DNA from: Candidatus Collierbacteria bacterium GW2011_GWA2_42_17
Lineage (GTDB): Bacteria > Patescibacteriota > Microgenomatia > UBA1400 > MFAQ01
Reading direction: 5' to 3'
Assembly (NCBI GenBank): GCA_000998275.1
Contig: LCDA01000001.1
Coordinates: forward strand, 30,684-94,683
Length of the DNA: 64,000 nt
The notes under the pieces: model-generated
Database searches by the model: none
The model's input: only the letters and a program-made list of their open reading frames with translations
Told to the model about the DNA's origin: nothing
Part shown: piece by piece, positions 8,796 to 18,784 of the stretch
Layout: each line of letters opens with the position of its first letter
Numbering within the stretch: the first letter of the stretch is position 1
Position numbers and translations under genes: made by a program

Positions 8796-9713
8796 TTATT
8801 GATATATTTTTTTCAACTGACTAACTAGCAAAGTCTTGTCAGTACTTTTATCATACCAAACAATACCTGGTTGTTTTTTAAACCAGACAATTTGTCTTCG
8901 GGAGTAATCTGTTTCAGCATTGGTCCACTCCTCAATTAACTGTTTTTGGGAGAGCTTTCCTTCCAAGAAAGAGATTATTTGTGAAACGCCCAGACTAGTG
9001 TAGATGGCTAGACTTCTATCGGGATATTTTTTAAGTAAAGCCCTGACTTCATCGATGGCTCCCTGCTCGATTCTTTCCAGGACACGATGGTGAATACTGG
9101 CTTTTAGAGTGTCTTTATCCGGAAGTAGTCCGATCCAGTAAAACGAGGTATCTTCGGTGGAAATATTAATATTAGGCGCGACGGTTTTTGATCGTGATAT
9201 TTCGATATACCGAATCAGTCGCCGTGGGTTCATTAAATCGGAGCGGTTAAGAGACGAGAATTTTTCAAGACTTTCTCTTTGGAGTAATTTTTGGAGTTTT
9301 TCAAGAGGTAGCTTTTCCAACTCTTCACGAAGAAGAAGGTTCGGTGGAATAGAGATGTTGGAAAGATTTTGAGTAAGAGCCTTTAAGTAGAGTCCGGTAC
9401 CACCCACAATAATTAAGGGGGTGTTTGATGATTTTGAATTTTTGATTAGTGTTTGCGAGTAACGAACAAAGTCGGCGAGGTTGGCTCGTTCATCAGGGGC
9501 AAATATATCGTGGCCAAATACTTTTATTCCCGACGGAAGGTCTAGAGGAATGTCTTTGCCGGTGATTAGATCAAGGTCTTGGTATACCTGTCTTGAATCA
9601 ACGGATAGGATGTTGGCTTTTTTTAACTCTTTGGCCAATTGAAGAGCCAAATCTGTTTTACCCGAGGCGGTCGGACCGCAGATAACAATTATTTTTTGTT
9701 TATTATTCCTCAT
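8796..9713 (-). CDS. miaA: tRNA dimethylallyltransferase
   Basis: IVICGPTASGKTdLAL P-loop, SVDSRQVYQdLDLITGK motif. Confidence 0.85.
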   Translation of the reverse strand: MRNNKQKIIVICGPTASGKTDLALQLAKELKKANILSVDSRQVYQDLDLITGKDIPLDLPSGIKVFGHDIFAPDERANLADFVRYSQTLIKNSKSSNTPLIIVGGTGLYLKALTQNLSNISIPPNLLLREELEKLPLEKLQKLLQRESLEKFSSLNRSDLMNPRRLIRYIEISRSKTVAPNINISTEDTSFYWIGLLPDKDTLKASIHHRVLERIEQGAIDEVRALLKKYPDRSLAIYTSLGVSQIISFLEGKLSQKQLIEEWTNAETDYSRRQIVWFKKQPGIVWYDKSTDKTLLVSQLKKIYQ

Positions 9714-9715
9714 AT

Positions 9716-10873
9716 TTAGGGAATTAGAGGTCGATTCGCCAAGTTGTCTTTGTTAGCTATTTGATCGAGGATTTCCCATCTTTCTTTTTTTACTTTGGCC
9801 GGAACATCGTCGGGGTAGAGTTTGAAGGAAGCGGTTCCTGGGCGAGGAGAATATCTGGCAACAAAGGCGACCTTAAACCCGACTTTCCTGACCAGATCCA
9901 AAGTATCCTGAAAATCCGCATCGGTTTCACCGGGAAAGCCAACAATGATGTCCGTACCAAAAACTGCTTCGGGAACTTTTGCCCTAATTCTTTCAACCAG
10001 GGATAGATATGACTCTCTGGTATATCCCCGATTCATTAGTTTTAGAACTCGGTTGCTTCCGGATTGAACCGGAAGATGAATAAAGCGATCAATTTTGGGA
10101 TTAGCGGCGATTTCCTCAATCAACTCGTCCCAAAAATCCCAAGGATTACTGGTGAAAAAGGTAATTTTTTCGACTCCTGAAATTTGACTAATTTTTTGGA
10201 GTAGTAAAACAAAGGGGGGTGTGGTTGTTGGTTTTTGATACTGAGACTCGTTACTGGGAATAGAACTCGCTGAAAAATTTTCTTTATCCATATAAAGTTT
10301 GCGAAGATTTATCCCTGATTTTTCCAAACCATATGAGTTGACGTTTTGACCCAGGAGATTGATGGTTTTGTAACCTTCTTTAGCGAGACTCTCTACCTCT
10401 TTGAGAATGTCATCCATGGAGCGTGATCTTTCTCTACCTCTGGAAAACGGAACAATACAGTAAGTGCAGAACGAGTTGCAACCGGTAGAAATTGGGACCC
10501 AAGCGTTGTCTTTATCTTTCCTAATGGCTTTTTGATTGAAACCAACTTCGGCTATGGGAAGAATTTCGTCTACTTCCGGAAGAAGATCTCTGATTTCTTT
10601 TTCATTGAAGTGAAGCATGCAACCGGTGAGAATTACTTTGGGTTTGGGTTTGCCGGTTTCGTTAATGTATTTCGTCAAATTAAGGAGAAAGCCACGAACC
10701 CTGTCTTCGGCCGACTGACGGACAGAACAAGTGTTGAGAACAATTTCATCCGCCTCTTTCCACTCAAGAGTCTCTTGATAACCTCTGGAGGAGTAATCAC
10801 CAAGGATTCTTTCGGAGTCGGATTTGTTTGCCTGACAACCGAAAGTTTTGATGAAAACGGACGGCATTACCAA
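9716..10873 (-). CDS. miaB: tRNA-i6A37 methylthiotransferase (radical SAM, MiaB family)
   Basis: N-terminal FIKTFGCQaN, radical-SAM CNSFCTYCIVP, TRAM C-terminus; adjacent to miaA. Confidence 0.8.
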   Translation of the reverse strand: MVMPSVFIKTFGCQANKSDSERILGDYSSRGYQETLEWKEADEIVLNTCSVRQSAEDRVRGFLLNLTKYINETGKPKPKVILTGCMLHFNEKEIRDLLPEVDEILPIAEVGFNQKAIRKDKDNAWVPISTGCNSFCTYCIVPFSRGRERSRSMDDILKEVESLAKEGYKTINLLGQNVNSYGLEKSGINLRKLYMDKENFSASSIPSNESQYQKPTTTPPFVLLLQKISQISGVEKITFFTSNPWDFWDELIEEIAANPKIDRFIHLPVQSGSNRVLKLMNRGYTRESYLSLVERIRAKVPEAVFGTDIIVGFPGETDADFQDTLDLVRKVGFKVAFVARYSPRPGTASFKLYPDDVPAKVKKERWEILDQIANKDNLANRPLIP

Positions 10874-11142
10874 ACCTTCTTTTTTAATGGCTTACCGACA
10901 TGAAAATTGATGACTTTGTGACCTTTGACGACCTGTCTTTTACCTTCATTACCAAAAGGAACAACTTGTTTGTCATCAACTTTTCCTACATAAAAAGTAC
11001 CGAAACCGGAAATGACTACTTTTTCTCCTTTGCCGAGTGCAACAATAGATTCTTCGAAAAATGTATCAACAGTTTCTTTAACTGCCTTCTTGGTCAAGTG
11101 TACCTTTTTGGACACTATGCCGATGAGTGTTTGTTTGGTCAT
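10867..11142 (-). CDS. hup: DNA-binding protein HU
   Basis: MTKQtLI..., GFGTF, RNP-arm signature. Confidence 0.85.
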   Translation of the reverse strand: MTKQTLIGIVSKKVHLTKKAVKETVDTFFEESIVALGKGEKVVISGFGTFYVGKVDDKQVVPFGNEGKRQVVKGHKVINFHVGKPLKKKVW

Positions 11143-11228
11143 ATTTTTTCACCCCCTTAAGGTGATTGGGCAGCAAAGTATTAATTAATTTAGCTGATGT
11201 TACCACCAAAAGAACGGTTTATGCAAGT

Positions 11229-12791
11229 CTAACTTGCAATTTCAGCAGCTCGAGTTTCGCGAATAACGTTGACCTTGACGGTTCCGGGAAAGGTCATGGT
11301 TGAACGAATCTCGTCGCGAATGGCTTGAGCCAGAATTGACAACTGATCATCACCGGCTTTGCCGGGGTTAACGATGACACGGATTTCACGACCGGCTGAG
11401 ATAGCATAAGCATCTTCAACTTCAGGATGTTTTTTAGCAATTTCTTCAAGTTGTTTAATTCTTTTACCGTATTCTTCGGTGTTTTCATGGCGGGCGCCGG
11501 GACGACTACCAGAGATAGCATCCGAGATATAAACAAGCATGGACTCAACGGAGCTGAATTCCTCGTCCTCGTGATGTTGAGCGACACAGTCTATGGCTGC
11601 TTGAGGAAGGTTGTATTTTTTAAGATAATTGACGCCTAACTCAACATGATTTCCTTCTCCTTCAATAACCTTACCAATATCGTGAAGAAGACAGCCAAGA
11701 CGAATAGTGTCGATGTTGGCTCCTACTTCGTTTCCGAGTTTGATACCGATTCTGGTTTCTTCGAGAGTGTGGCTAATCATGTTCTGGCCATAGGAAGTGC
11801 GGAATTTAAAACGGCCCAGGACAGCAATGACGTCACGGGGCATGTTGTAAACACCGACGGCGTGACAAAGTTTCTGACCTTCCTGGAACATTAGTTGTTC
11901 AACGTCGCGACGAGCTCTGTCAAAATACTCTTCAATGCGAGCGGGGTGAATGCGACCGTCTTTAATTAAACGAATTAGAGTTACACGGGCGATTTCACGC
12001 CTTATCGGATCAAAACTACTAAGTTTTACCTCGTCAGGAGCGTCATCCATGGAAACATCACAGCCCGAGACTTTTTCGAAAATACGAATATTTCGTCCGT
12101 CCTTGCCGATAATACGACCCTTGGTTTCTTCATCCGGGATGGGAACGGTAGAAATAGTGTACTCGGCTACATAGTCGGTAGCCCCGGCGCGCATGGAGTC
12201 AACAAGTATTTCCCTGGCGACATCTTCGGCTTCGATTTTGGCTTTTTCTTCAGTTTCTTTGATAATTCTGGCAATTTCTTGCGAAGAACCCTTTTCTACT
12301 TGAGCCAGTAGTTCTTTTTTAGCCTGTTCCGTAGTTAGAGAAGCAATCTTTTCCAGTTTTTTGGCCATGGCAGTTTCCTCTTCGGCGATTTTGGCTTTCA
12401 TCTCTTCAGCTTGCTTTTGCTGTGCCTCTAGTGTAAGTTTTTCTTTTCTGACCTGATCTTCTAGAGTTTGCAGACCTTGCTGTTTTTGAGCTAGGGCTTT
12501 GACTCTAATTTCGATATCTTCAAGCTGAATTCGAGTGTCTTTGAGAGCTTGATCTTTGAGTTTGAAGGCTTCGTCTTTGGCGGCAAGAATGATCTCTCTG
12601 GCCTGGTTTTGGGCTTGGGCTTGAGCCTGGGCAATAATGGCGGCAGTGTCGACCGAAGGAGTGGCGACTTTGGGCTCGTCTTTTTTAAGAGCAACTGTCT
12701 CTGAAGGGGTAGTTTTTGGAGTAGATGTAGATGAAGAAGGGGTCGAGGAGGCCTTAAAAAGATTGGTTTTAAAAATTGATAGTAATGACAT
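11229..12791 (-). CDS. rny: ribonuclease Y
   Basis: N-terminal TM/coiled-coil with A/Q-rich low-complexity segment, KH domain (GKDGRNIR), HD domain (LLHDIGK). Confidence 0.85.
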   Translation of the reverse strand: MSLLSIFKTNLFKASSTPSSSTSTPKTTPSETVALKKDEPKVATPSVDTAAIIAQAQAQAQNQAREIILAAKDEAFKLKDQALKDTRIQLEDIEIRVKALAQKQQGLQTLEDQVRKEKLTLEAQQKQAEEMKAKIAEEETAMAKKLEKIASLTTEQAKKELLAQVEKGSSQEIARIIKETEEKAKIEAEDVAREILVDSMRAGATDYVAEYTISTVPIPDEETKGRIIGKDGRNIRIFEKVSGCDVSMDDAPDEVKLSSFDPIRREIARVTLIRLIKDGRIHPARIEEYFDRARRDVEQLMFQEGQKLCHAVGVYNMPRDVIAVLGRFKFRTSYGQNMISHTLEETRIGIKLGNEVGANIDTIRLGCLLHDIGKVIEGEGNHVELGVNYLKKYNLPQAAIDCVAQHHEDEEFSSVESMLVYISDAISGSRPGARHENTEEYGKRIKQLEEIAKKHPEVEDAYAISAGREIRVIVNPGKAGDDQLSILAQAIRDEIRSTMTFPGTVKVNVIRETRAAEIAS

Positions 12792-12944
12792 CGGTTTATA
12801 AAAAATATTAAACCTAGTCTAAGAGAAACCCAGGGAAACCACGCAAACTCAGCCGCGGAGCGACTGAGTTATATTTAGATTGGTGTTGCTTATATCGAAC
12901 ATTGCGTAATTTTAAGAGTGACTTCTTAGATTAGTAACCATATT

Positions 12945-13457
12945 TTAGTCTTCAATGTACTCTGAGTCAAATAGTTTATTTATGGCGGAGGAACTGAAAC
13001 CTCGGGCATAGAGCTTGGAGGTAATCTTGTACTTGTCTAGTTTTGGGTATTTGAGGGTATATTTTTTGATGGCTGCGACTTGTTTGGCGATACTTGCTTC
13101 TTCCAAGGCGAGCTCAATTACTTCCCTATTTAGCTTCATTCTGCCTAGTTTGAGACTAATTATTCTGGGGCCGTAACACTTGTCCAGCTGACGTCTAGCA
13201 AAAGCCTGGGCAAGATAGGGATCATCGAGGTAGCCGCTCTTTTTTAGATCTTTTAGGATGTCTGTAATTACCTTCGATGCATTTTCAAACTTGAGCTTTT
13301 TGGATCTTAAAACAAGTTTTTGACGAATTGTTTCCTCAAAATATGGTCTTCGGCTAAGACAAAAGGCCGCGTATTTTATAAGACTAGCTCTGATCTCACT
13401 TGGTGATAGTTGCTCCGGCATTGACTTTGGCAACGACTTCTTTCTTGATTTTTTCAA
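12945..13457 (-). CDS. recX: recombination regulator RecX
   Basis: three-helix-repeat basic protein immediately downstream of recA; true start probably internal. Confidence 0.6.
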   Translation of the reverse strand: MKKSRKKSLPKSMPEQLSPSEIRASLIKYAAFCLSRRPYFEETIRQKLVLRSKKLKFENASKVITDILKDLKKSGYLDDPYLAQAFARRQLDKCYGPRIISLKLGRMKLNREVIELALEEASIAKQVAAIKKYTLKYPKLDKYKITSKLYARGFSSSAINKLFDSEYIED

Positions 13458-14451
13458 TCATTTCCGGTTTTTCGGCAAGAATGGCTTTAGCAGCCTCTCT
13501 TCCTTGGGCAATGGTTTCGCCGTTGTATTTTAGGAAAGCACCAGCTTTTTCGATAATTTCGTAAGCGATGGCGGTGTCCAGGAGATCACCCAACTTACTG
13601 ATACCACCGATATTAAGAATATCGAACTCGGCTGACCTGAAAGGGGAAGCTACTTTGTTTTTGACGATTTTGGCACGATGACGGGAGCCAACAATTTCTT
13701 CACCTTCTTGGATATTGCCAATTTTGCGCATGTCGATACGAATCGAAGCATAAAATTTGAGAGCTTTTCCTCCGGTGGTCACTTCTGGATTACCGAACAT
13801 GACGCCGATTTTGTCGCGAAGTTGATTGGTAAAAATGACGATACACTTACTCTTGGAAATGGCGCCGGTAATCTTTCTTAGAGCTTGACTCATGAGTCTG
13901 GCCTGCATACCCATGGAAGCGTCCCCCATTTCGCCTTCAATTTCGGCTTTGGGAACAAGGGCGGCGACAGAGTCGATGACGACAACATCAACACCACCTG
14001 AACGAATGAGGGTTTCGGCAATTTCAAGAGCCTGTTCGCCATTGTCCGGCTGGGAAAGTAAGAGGCTGTCCAGATCAACCCCAATGGACTTGGCTCTGGT
14101 AGGATCGACAGCGTGTTCGGCATCGATGAAGGCGGCTACTCCGCCCGCCTTTTGGGCTTCGGAAATAACGTGGAGAGCGAGCGTGGTTTTACCTGAGGCT
14201 TCTGGACCGTAGATTTCGATAATTCTTCCTTTAGGAAAGCCACCTACACCGAGAGCAAGATCGAGACTGATTGAACCAGAAGAAATGACTGGGATTTTTT
14301 CATTGATTTTGTCTGACCCCATGCGCATGATGGCGCCCTCACCATATTGCTTGGTGATTTGCTGCATAGCAATCTTGACAGCGGTTAGACGATCGTCATT
14401 GTTACTTACTTGGACAACTTTGGCTTTCTCTTCTTTTGCTTTTTTGGGCAT
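13396..14451 (-). CDS. recA: recombinase RecA
   Basis: [16 protein letters not shown] Walker A, full-length RecA similarity. Confidence 0.95.
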   Translation of the reverse strand: MPKKAKEEKAKVVQVSNNDDRLTAVKIAMQQITKQYGEGAIMRMGSDKINEKIPVISSGSISLDLALGVGGFPKGRIIEIYGPEASGKTTLALHVISEAQKAGGVAAFIDAEHAVDPTRAKSIGVDLDSLLLSQPDNGEQALEIAETLIRSGGVDVVVIDSVAALVPKAEIEGEMGDASMGMQARLMSQALRKITGAISKSKCIVIFTNQLRDKIGVMFGNPEVTTGGKALKFYASIRIDMRKIGNIQEGEEIVGSRHRAKIVKNKVASPFRSAEFDILNIGGISKLGDLLDTAIAYEIIEKAGAFLKYNGETIAQGREAAKAILAEKPEMIEKIKKEVVAKVNAGATITK

Positions 14452-15187
14452 AAACTTTCGGGTTTTTTACTAATCTAAATCCATTATAGATATCTTGTGT
14501 TTTTTTGCAAGATGTTTAATTTATTTTGAAGGCGATTGTGCGGAAATAGATCACTCAGAAATAGACTTATTAGGCACAGTTTATATTCTTTGGCTTTTTG
14601 GAGTTTTGTTTTCATCAGACTGTCATAGTTTTTAAGTTGGCCACAAAGTCCAAACAATTCAATCCCATGAACGGTCGAATTTATTATGACAAAAATTACA
14701 TTCTACCTTAATAAAACTCATGATTTATTTAACCAAATTTTACCCGAAACATCAAGAGTGAAAACTGTTCTTTATGTTATAATTCAGTCCGTTCGGGGTA
14801 TAGTATAACGGTAGTATCTACGGCTGGGGGTCGTAGGGCCTGAGATCGTCACTCAGTACCCCGACTAAAAGTGAATCGTGTTCCCTGTTGGTATACTCAG
14901 TGACATGAATCGTTTTTTTGAAAAAGTATTTGTATTTAAGTTTGTTTTTGTTGTCCGGGAAAAACGTATTTTAAATTCTGGCTATGCCGAAGGGGTGTTT
15001 AGTCTCAATGGCGGTGTTTATTTAAACTTGGTTACCTGTGATGGGGTTTGGGATTTGAATAAAAAAAGTTATAACAAACGTCTGGTGGTTTTTACTGAAG
15101 GATTACGAATGTAACCAGAGGATTTGCACTTCTGGTTTAATATTTTGCCTCTGGTAATTTAGATTTATGATGATATATTTTCTTTAA

Positions 15188-15568
15188 ATGAATAAGGAAG
15201 TTGAATACTACCCTCCGTGTGAAGCTCCGGTTCATAACGGGTCATGTGATGGCGTTGGTAATACGATAGATCACTTTACTCCAAGATGTATTGGGAAACT
15301 CTGGGGGTGGAGTAATGAACAAATAAATGCGGAGGAAAATATTCAACATCTTTCCGAACCGTGCCATAGAGACAAGGACAGAACAACTGAGGCAAGACTT
15401 CTTTTAGCAAGAAAACAGTTAAAGGGCGTGTACATTAGTCTGGAGTATTATCTGACGGTGGAAGATCCAAATTTTATTCATAACGAAAAACCTCGGAAAG
15501 CAAAAAAGGAAAGACGTCGAAAGCAACGCAGAAATACCCTGAGACCCAGAGGAAAAAAGAGTTATTGA
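15188..15568 (+). CDS. small free-standing HNH endonuclease
   Basis: CxxC...DHftP...GG..N...L...CH..K pattern (HNH/McrA-like), basic C-terminal tail. Confidence 0.6.
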   Translation: MNKEVEYYPPCEAPVHNGSCDGVGNTIDHFTPRCIGKLWGWSNEQINAEENIQHLSEPCHRDKDRTTEARLLLARKQLKGVYISLEYYLTVEDPNFIHNEKPRKAKKERRRKQRRNTLRPRGKKSY

Positions 15569-15579
15569 ACAATATTGAT

Positions 15580-16743
15580 TTAGGCCTCGGTTTTTTCCGG
15601 AAGCATTGAGACGAGAGAGGCACCAAGTCCCATGCAGAAGGATGCAAAAGCGATTATCCAGCCAATAACCGGAATAATGGAGACAAGTCCGAGCAGGATT
15701 ACTCCTAAAAACATTTGAGAATAAAGAGAGGTCTTTGTTTTTTGAAGAATCTTTTCAAAAAAGAGTTTTCCGTATATGGCCGAGGGGTAGAGTGAAGCGG
15801 TAATCAGAGCAATAATGTAAACAAACATAACAATAAAGGCGAGGGGTATACCGACAACCGTAGCCAGAATAATAATGAAGGCTAAGGGCGCAGTGATTAA
15901 GACCGCCAAACCAATAAATCCGGTGACCAAAGGTTTGTTGATAATTGAGGAAATTTTTCTTTTGGTGTTTTTTCTGTCGAAATAAACAATGGCTAAACCA
16001 AGAAGACCAAAGGAGAGGATTCCAAATATGGTTTTAAGAATAATGGCTGTGCTGGTGAGGCCGGCCATTTGTCTGTCTAGTGCCGGCTTTGAGGGAGCAA
16101 CAATATCGTGTCTTAGTATATTTCCTTTGACATTTTTCTCGTCGATTGAAGCCGTGGCTGTTTTTTCCATATAGTAGTCAAGGTTGCCACCAATTTTTCC
16201 CGTTTCGATTATGGATAGATTTGTTCCTGTGACGACGGCATTTCTTAAAAGGGACCCGGTAAGGGTGATTGATTCACCGGCTCCAGCCAGATCACGTCCT
16301 ATCACACCCCCGAGTTCGACATTCTGAACTCCAAAAAATACATCGCCTTTTATTTGTGACTTTGGACCAAGAACCAGTTGTTGCGAGGCAACTGAAAGAT
16401 TCCTGGTGACTTGGCCAAAAATTTCGATGGTCTGACCTGCGGCGCGAATATTGCCATCAACGGTGCCGTTGACTTTGATATTTTGACCAACACAGATGAC
16501 ATCACCTTTGATATTCCCGTTAATCACAATACTTTGGCCGGCACAAAAAAGATCGCCGTTGATGTTTGAATTAATGGTAAGGGAAGAACCAGAAATAGCG
16601 GCCGTTTCGTTAATTATTTTTTCTTTGGGTATTACGAGGCTGTCTCCGGTTTGAAAAAAGATGGCGTCGGAGGGAGAAGCAAAAACAGAAATGAATAAAA
16701 ATGCAGGAATTAACAGGGAAAAGAGTTGGGTAATTTTGTTCAT
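15580..16743 (-). CDS. bactofilin-like beta-helical repeat protein with N-terminal signal/TM and C-terminal polytopic membrane domain
   Basis: repeats INGNIKGDVICVGQNIKVNGTVDGNIRAAGQTIEIFG typical of polymer-forming cytoskeletal (bactofilin/DUF583) fold; 5-6 TM helices at C-terminus. Confidence 0.5.
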   Translation of the reverse strand: MNKITQLFSLLIPAFLFISVFASPSDAIFFQTGDSLVIPKEKIINETAAISGSSLTINSNINGDLFCAGQSIVINGNIKGDVICVGQNIKVNGTVDGNIRAAGQTIEIFGQVTRNLSVASQQLVLGPKSQIKGDVFFGVQNVELGGVIGRDLAGAGESITLTGSLLRNAVVTGTNLSIIETGKIGGNLDYYMEKTATASIDEKNVKGNILRHDIVAPSKPALDRQMAGLTSTAIILKTIFGILSFGLLGLAIVYFDRKNTKRKISSIINKPLVTGFIGLAVLITAPLAFIIILATVVGIPLAFIVMFVYIIALITASLYPSAIYGKLFFEKILQKTKTSLYSQMFLGVILLGLVSIIPVIGWIIAFASFCMGLGASLVSMLPEKTEA

Positions 16744-16800
16744 GCTGATTAATCTATAGAGGGGAATAAGAAGGTTGTCAAGTTGGGGTAGAATTACATA

Positions 16801-17742
16801 ATGAAAATACTGGTAACCGGAGGGGCGGGATTTATTGGTTCACATCTATGCAAAAGGCTTGTTGATGAAGGTAACGAGGTGATATGTGTGGATAATTTTT
16901 ATACCGGAAGAAAAAAGAATATTGAGAAACTCTTGGAGTCGGATAAATTTTCAGTAATGGAACACGATATTATAAATCCCTTAGAAATTACCGGATTAGA
17001 TAGAATTTATAACTTAGCTTGTCCAGCTTCCCCTCCGGCATACCAAAAAGACCCCGTTTTTACCTGGAAAACTTCCGTGATCGGAGTGATGAATATGCTT
17101 GATCTGGCCAGAAAAAATAACAACTGCCGAGTGTTGCAAACATCGACATCAGAAGTCTACGGAGACCCCCTAGAACACCCTCAGAAAGAGAGTTATTGGG
17201 GCAACGTAAACCCGATTGGAATTCGATCTTGTTATGACGAAGGAAAGAGAGCATCAGAGACGTTAATTGTTGATTATTTTCGAAAGTTTGATCTTCCCGT
17301 AAGAATAATCAGAATTTTTAATACCTACGGTTCAAACATGGATCCAAATGACGGTCGGGTAGTTTCAAACTTTATTGTGCAAGCACTTTCCAATCAGGAT
17401 ATTACTATCTACGGAGATGGGTCACAAACAAGAAGTTTTCAATACGTGGATGATCTAATTGATGGCATGTTGAAAATGATGGAAAACAATCTTGGATTTA
17501 TCGGACCGGTAAATATCGGAAATCCTGGGGAGTTTACGATTAAAGAGTTGGCAGAAATTGTTTTAAAAATGATTCTCGAGTCAAAAAGCAAGATTGTTTT
17601 TAAGGATATTCCCAAAGATGATCCAAAGATTCGGAAACCGGATATTACTTTGGCGAAAGAGAAACTATCCTGGGAACCCTTGATCTCTCTGGAAAAAGGA
17701 CTTGTTCAGACAATTGCTTATTTCAGATCCGAAGTGGAGTAA
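16801..17742 (+). CDS. UDP-glucuronate decarboxylase / NAD-dependent sugar epimerase-dehydratase (UXS-like)
   Basis: [14 protein letters not shown] Rossmann motif, YxxxK SDR signature, strong UXS1-like similarity. Confidence 0.75.
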   Translation: MKILVTGGAGFIGSHLCKRLVDEGNEVICVDNFYTGRKKNIEKLLESDKFSVMEHDIINPLEITGLDRIYNLACPASPPAYQKDPVFTWKTSVIGVMNMLDLARKNNNCRVLQTSTSEVYGDPLEHPQKESYWGNVNPIGIRSCYDEGKRASETLIVDYFRKFDLPVRIIRIFNTYGSNMDPNDGRVVSNFIVQALSNQDITIYGDGSQTRSFQYVDDLIDGMLKMMENNLGFIGPVNIGNPGEFTIKELAEIVLKMILESKSKIVFKDIPKDDPKIRKPDITLAKEKLSWEPLISLEKGLVQTIAYFRSEVE

Positions 17743-18659
17743 AAATTGGGTTGGCCGTAGTCAAAGATTTTTACAGGGAAAACCTCTTTTTTCATCAGTT
17801 TGCCATCTTGATAAGTAACCCTTAAGATTTCACCGAGACGCGTTTCTTCCGACCACATTTGATCAAAAACAAGATTGCCTAGGGAGTAGTAGATGGGTTT
17901 ACCAAGATAAATTTCTTCGGTTTGGATCCAGTGAGGATGATGTCCGACTACGATATCGGCACCGGAATCAATAGCCAGATGGGCAAGAAACACTTGTCTT
18001 GGGGTTGGATATCTTCGATACTCTGCTCCCCAGTGAAAAGTGGTAATGACCAAGTCGGCAGATTTCGAAGCGGCGAAAATTTGTTTCTCAACTTCTTTTT
18101 CATCTATTTGCGGAAGATCGGAAAAGGATAGTACCGCAAGACTGGTGTTTTTTACCGTACTAAATTCTGCTTTTCCGAGACCCACTGGGGTAATACCGTT
18201 TGTTTCCAAAATCGAGATCGTTTCAGCTTTCCCCTCTTGCCCTTGATTGTTAATGTGATTGTTGGCAAGCGAAGCCATATCCACTCCAGCAGTTACCAAG
18301 CCAAAGACATTTTTAGGGTCGGCACAAAATATCATTCCGGTATCCGTCGAACGGCAACCAGTGATAAAGGGAGATTCCAGGTTGATAATAGTTAGATCTC
18401 CGGTAGACAAAAGAGAAGAAATATTTTTGAATGGCCAGGTGGGGTCAGTATATTTTTGAATTCGAGTATTGACGGACCGGCCTAACATAACATCGCCGGT
18501 AAAAACAATAGTAAGAGGTGAAGAAGACTTGGGAAAAATTAATTCTGGAAGCCGACTGGAAATTGAACCCGAAGAGGGGTTTTGCCGAGCAAGAGTAAGG
18601 TTGATGCCGGCAAACAAACCGAGAACGAAGATTACAATGATTTCCGCCTTACGTCTCAT
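17718..18659 (-). CDS. CapA/PgsA family metallophosphatase (capsule biosynthesis-type)
   Basis: GDVMLGR, HWGAEY, VGHHPH motifs. Confidence 0.7.
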   Translation of the reverse strand: MRRKAEIIVIFVLGLFAGINLTLARQNPSSGSISSRLPELIFPKSSSPLTIVFTGDVMLGRSVNTRIQKYTDPTWPFKNISSLLSTGDLTIINLESPFITGCRSTDTGMIFCADPKNVFGLVTAGVDMASLANNHINNQGQEGKAETISILETNGITPVGLGKAEFSTVKNTSLAVLSFSDLPQIDEKEVEKQIFAASKSADLVITTFHWGAEYRRYPTPRQVFLAHLAIDSGADIVVGHHPHWIQTEEIYLGKPIYYSLGNLVFDQMWSEETRLGEILRVTYQDGKLMKKEVFPVKIFDYGQPNFYSTSDLK

Positions 18660-18784
18660 CTTGTCTGATTTTATACGCTAATGATAATATTTTCAGGTTG
18701 TTTGACAGTCCTATAACGTTGACACACCCGTCTTTTTGCGGTAGAATGCGCTATCTTAGAAAATTAAAATTCAAAGGAGTTGCG

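Noticed and set aside
12480-12740. Short GC-rich direct repeats (gcttgggcttgagcctgggc etc.)
   Set aside because: They encode the Ala/Gln-rich low-complexity coiled-coil N-terminus of RNase Y; coding, not an independent repeat element
14878-15114. 78-aa ORF (GTG start) in the recA-HNH spacer
   Set aside because: GTG start without SD, Phe/Val-rich low-complexity sequence, AT-rich context; more likely noncoding
14452-15187. tmRNA, SRP RNA or 6S RNA in the long spacer
   Set aside because: The diagnostic motifs (tmRNA GGGG...UUCGAxUCCC..CCA ends with resume codon, SRP domain IV AGGUCCGGAAGGAAGCAGC) were not found by eye; left as unidentified structured region
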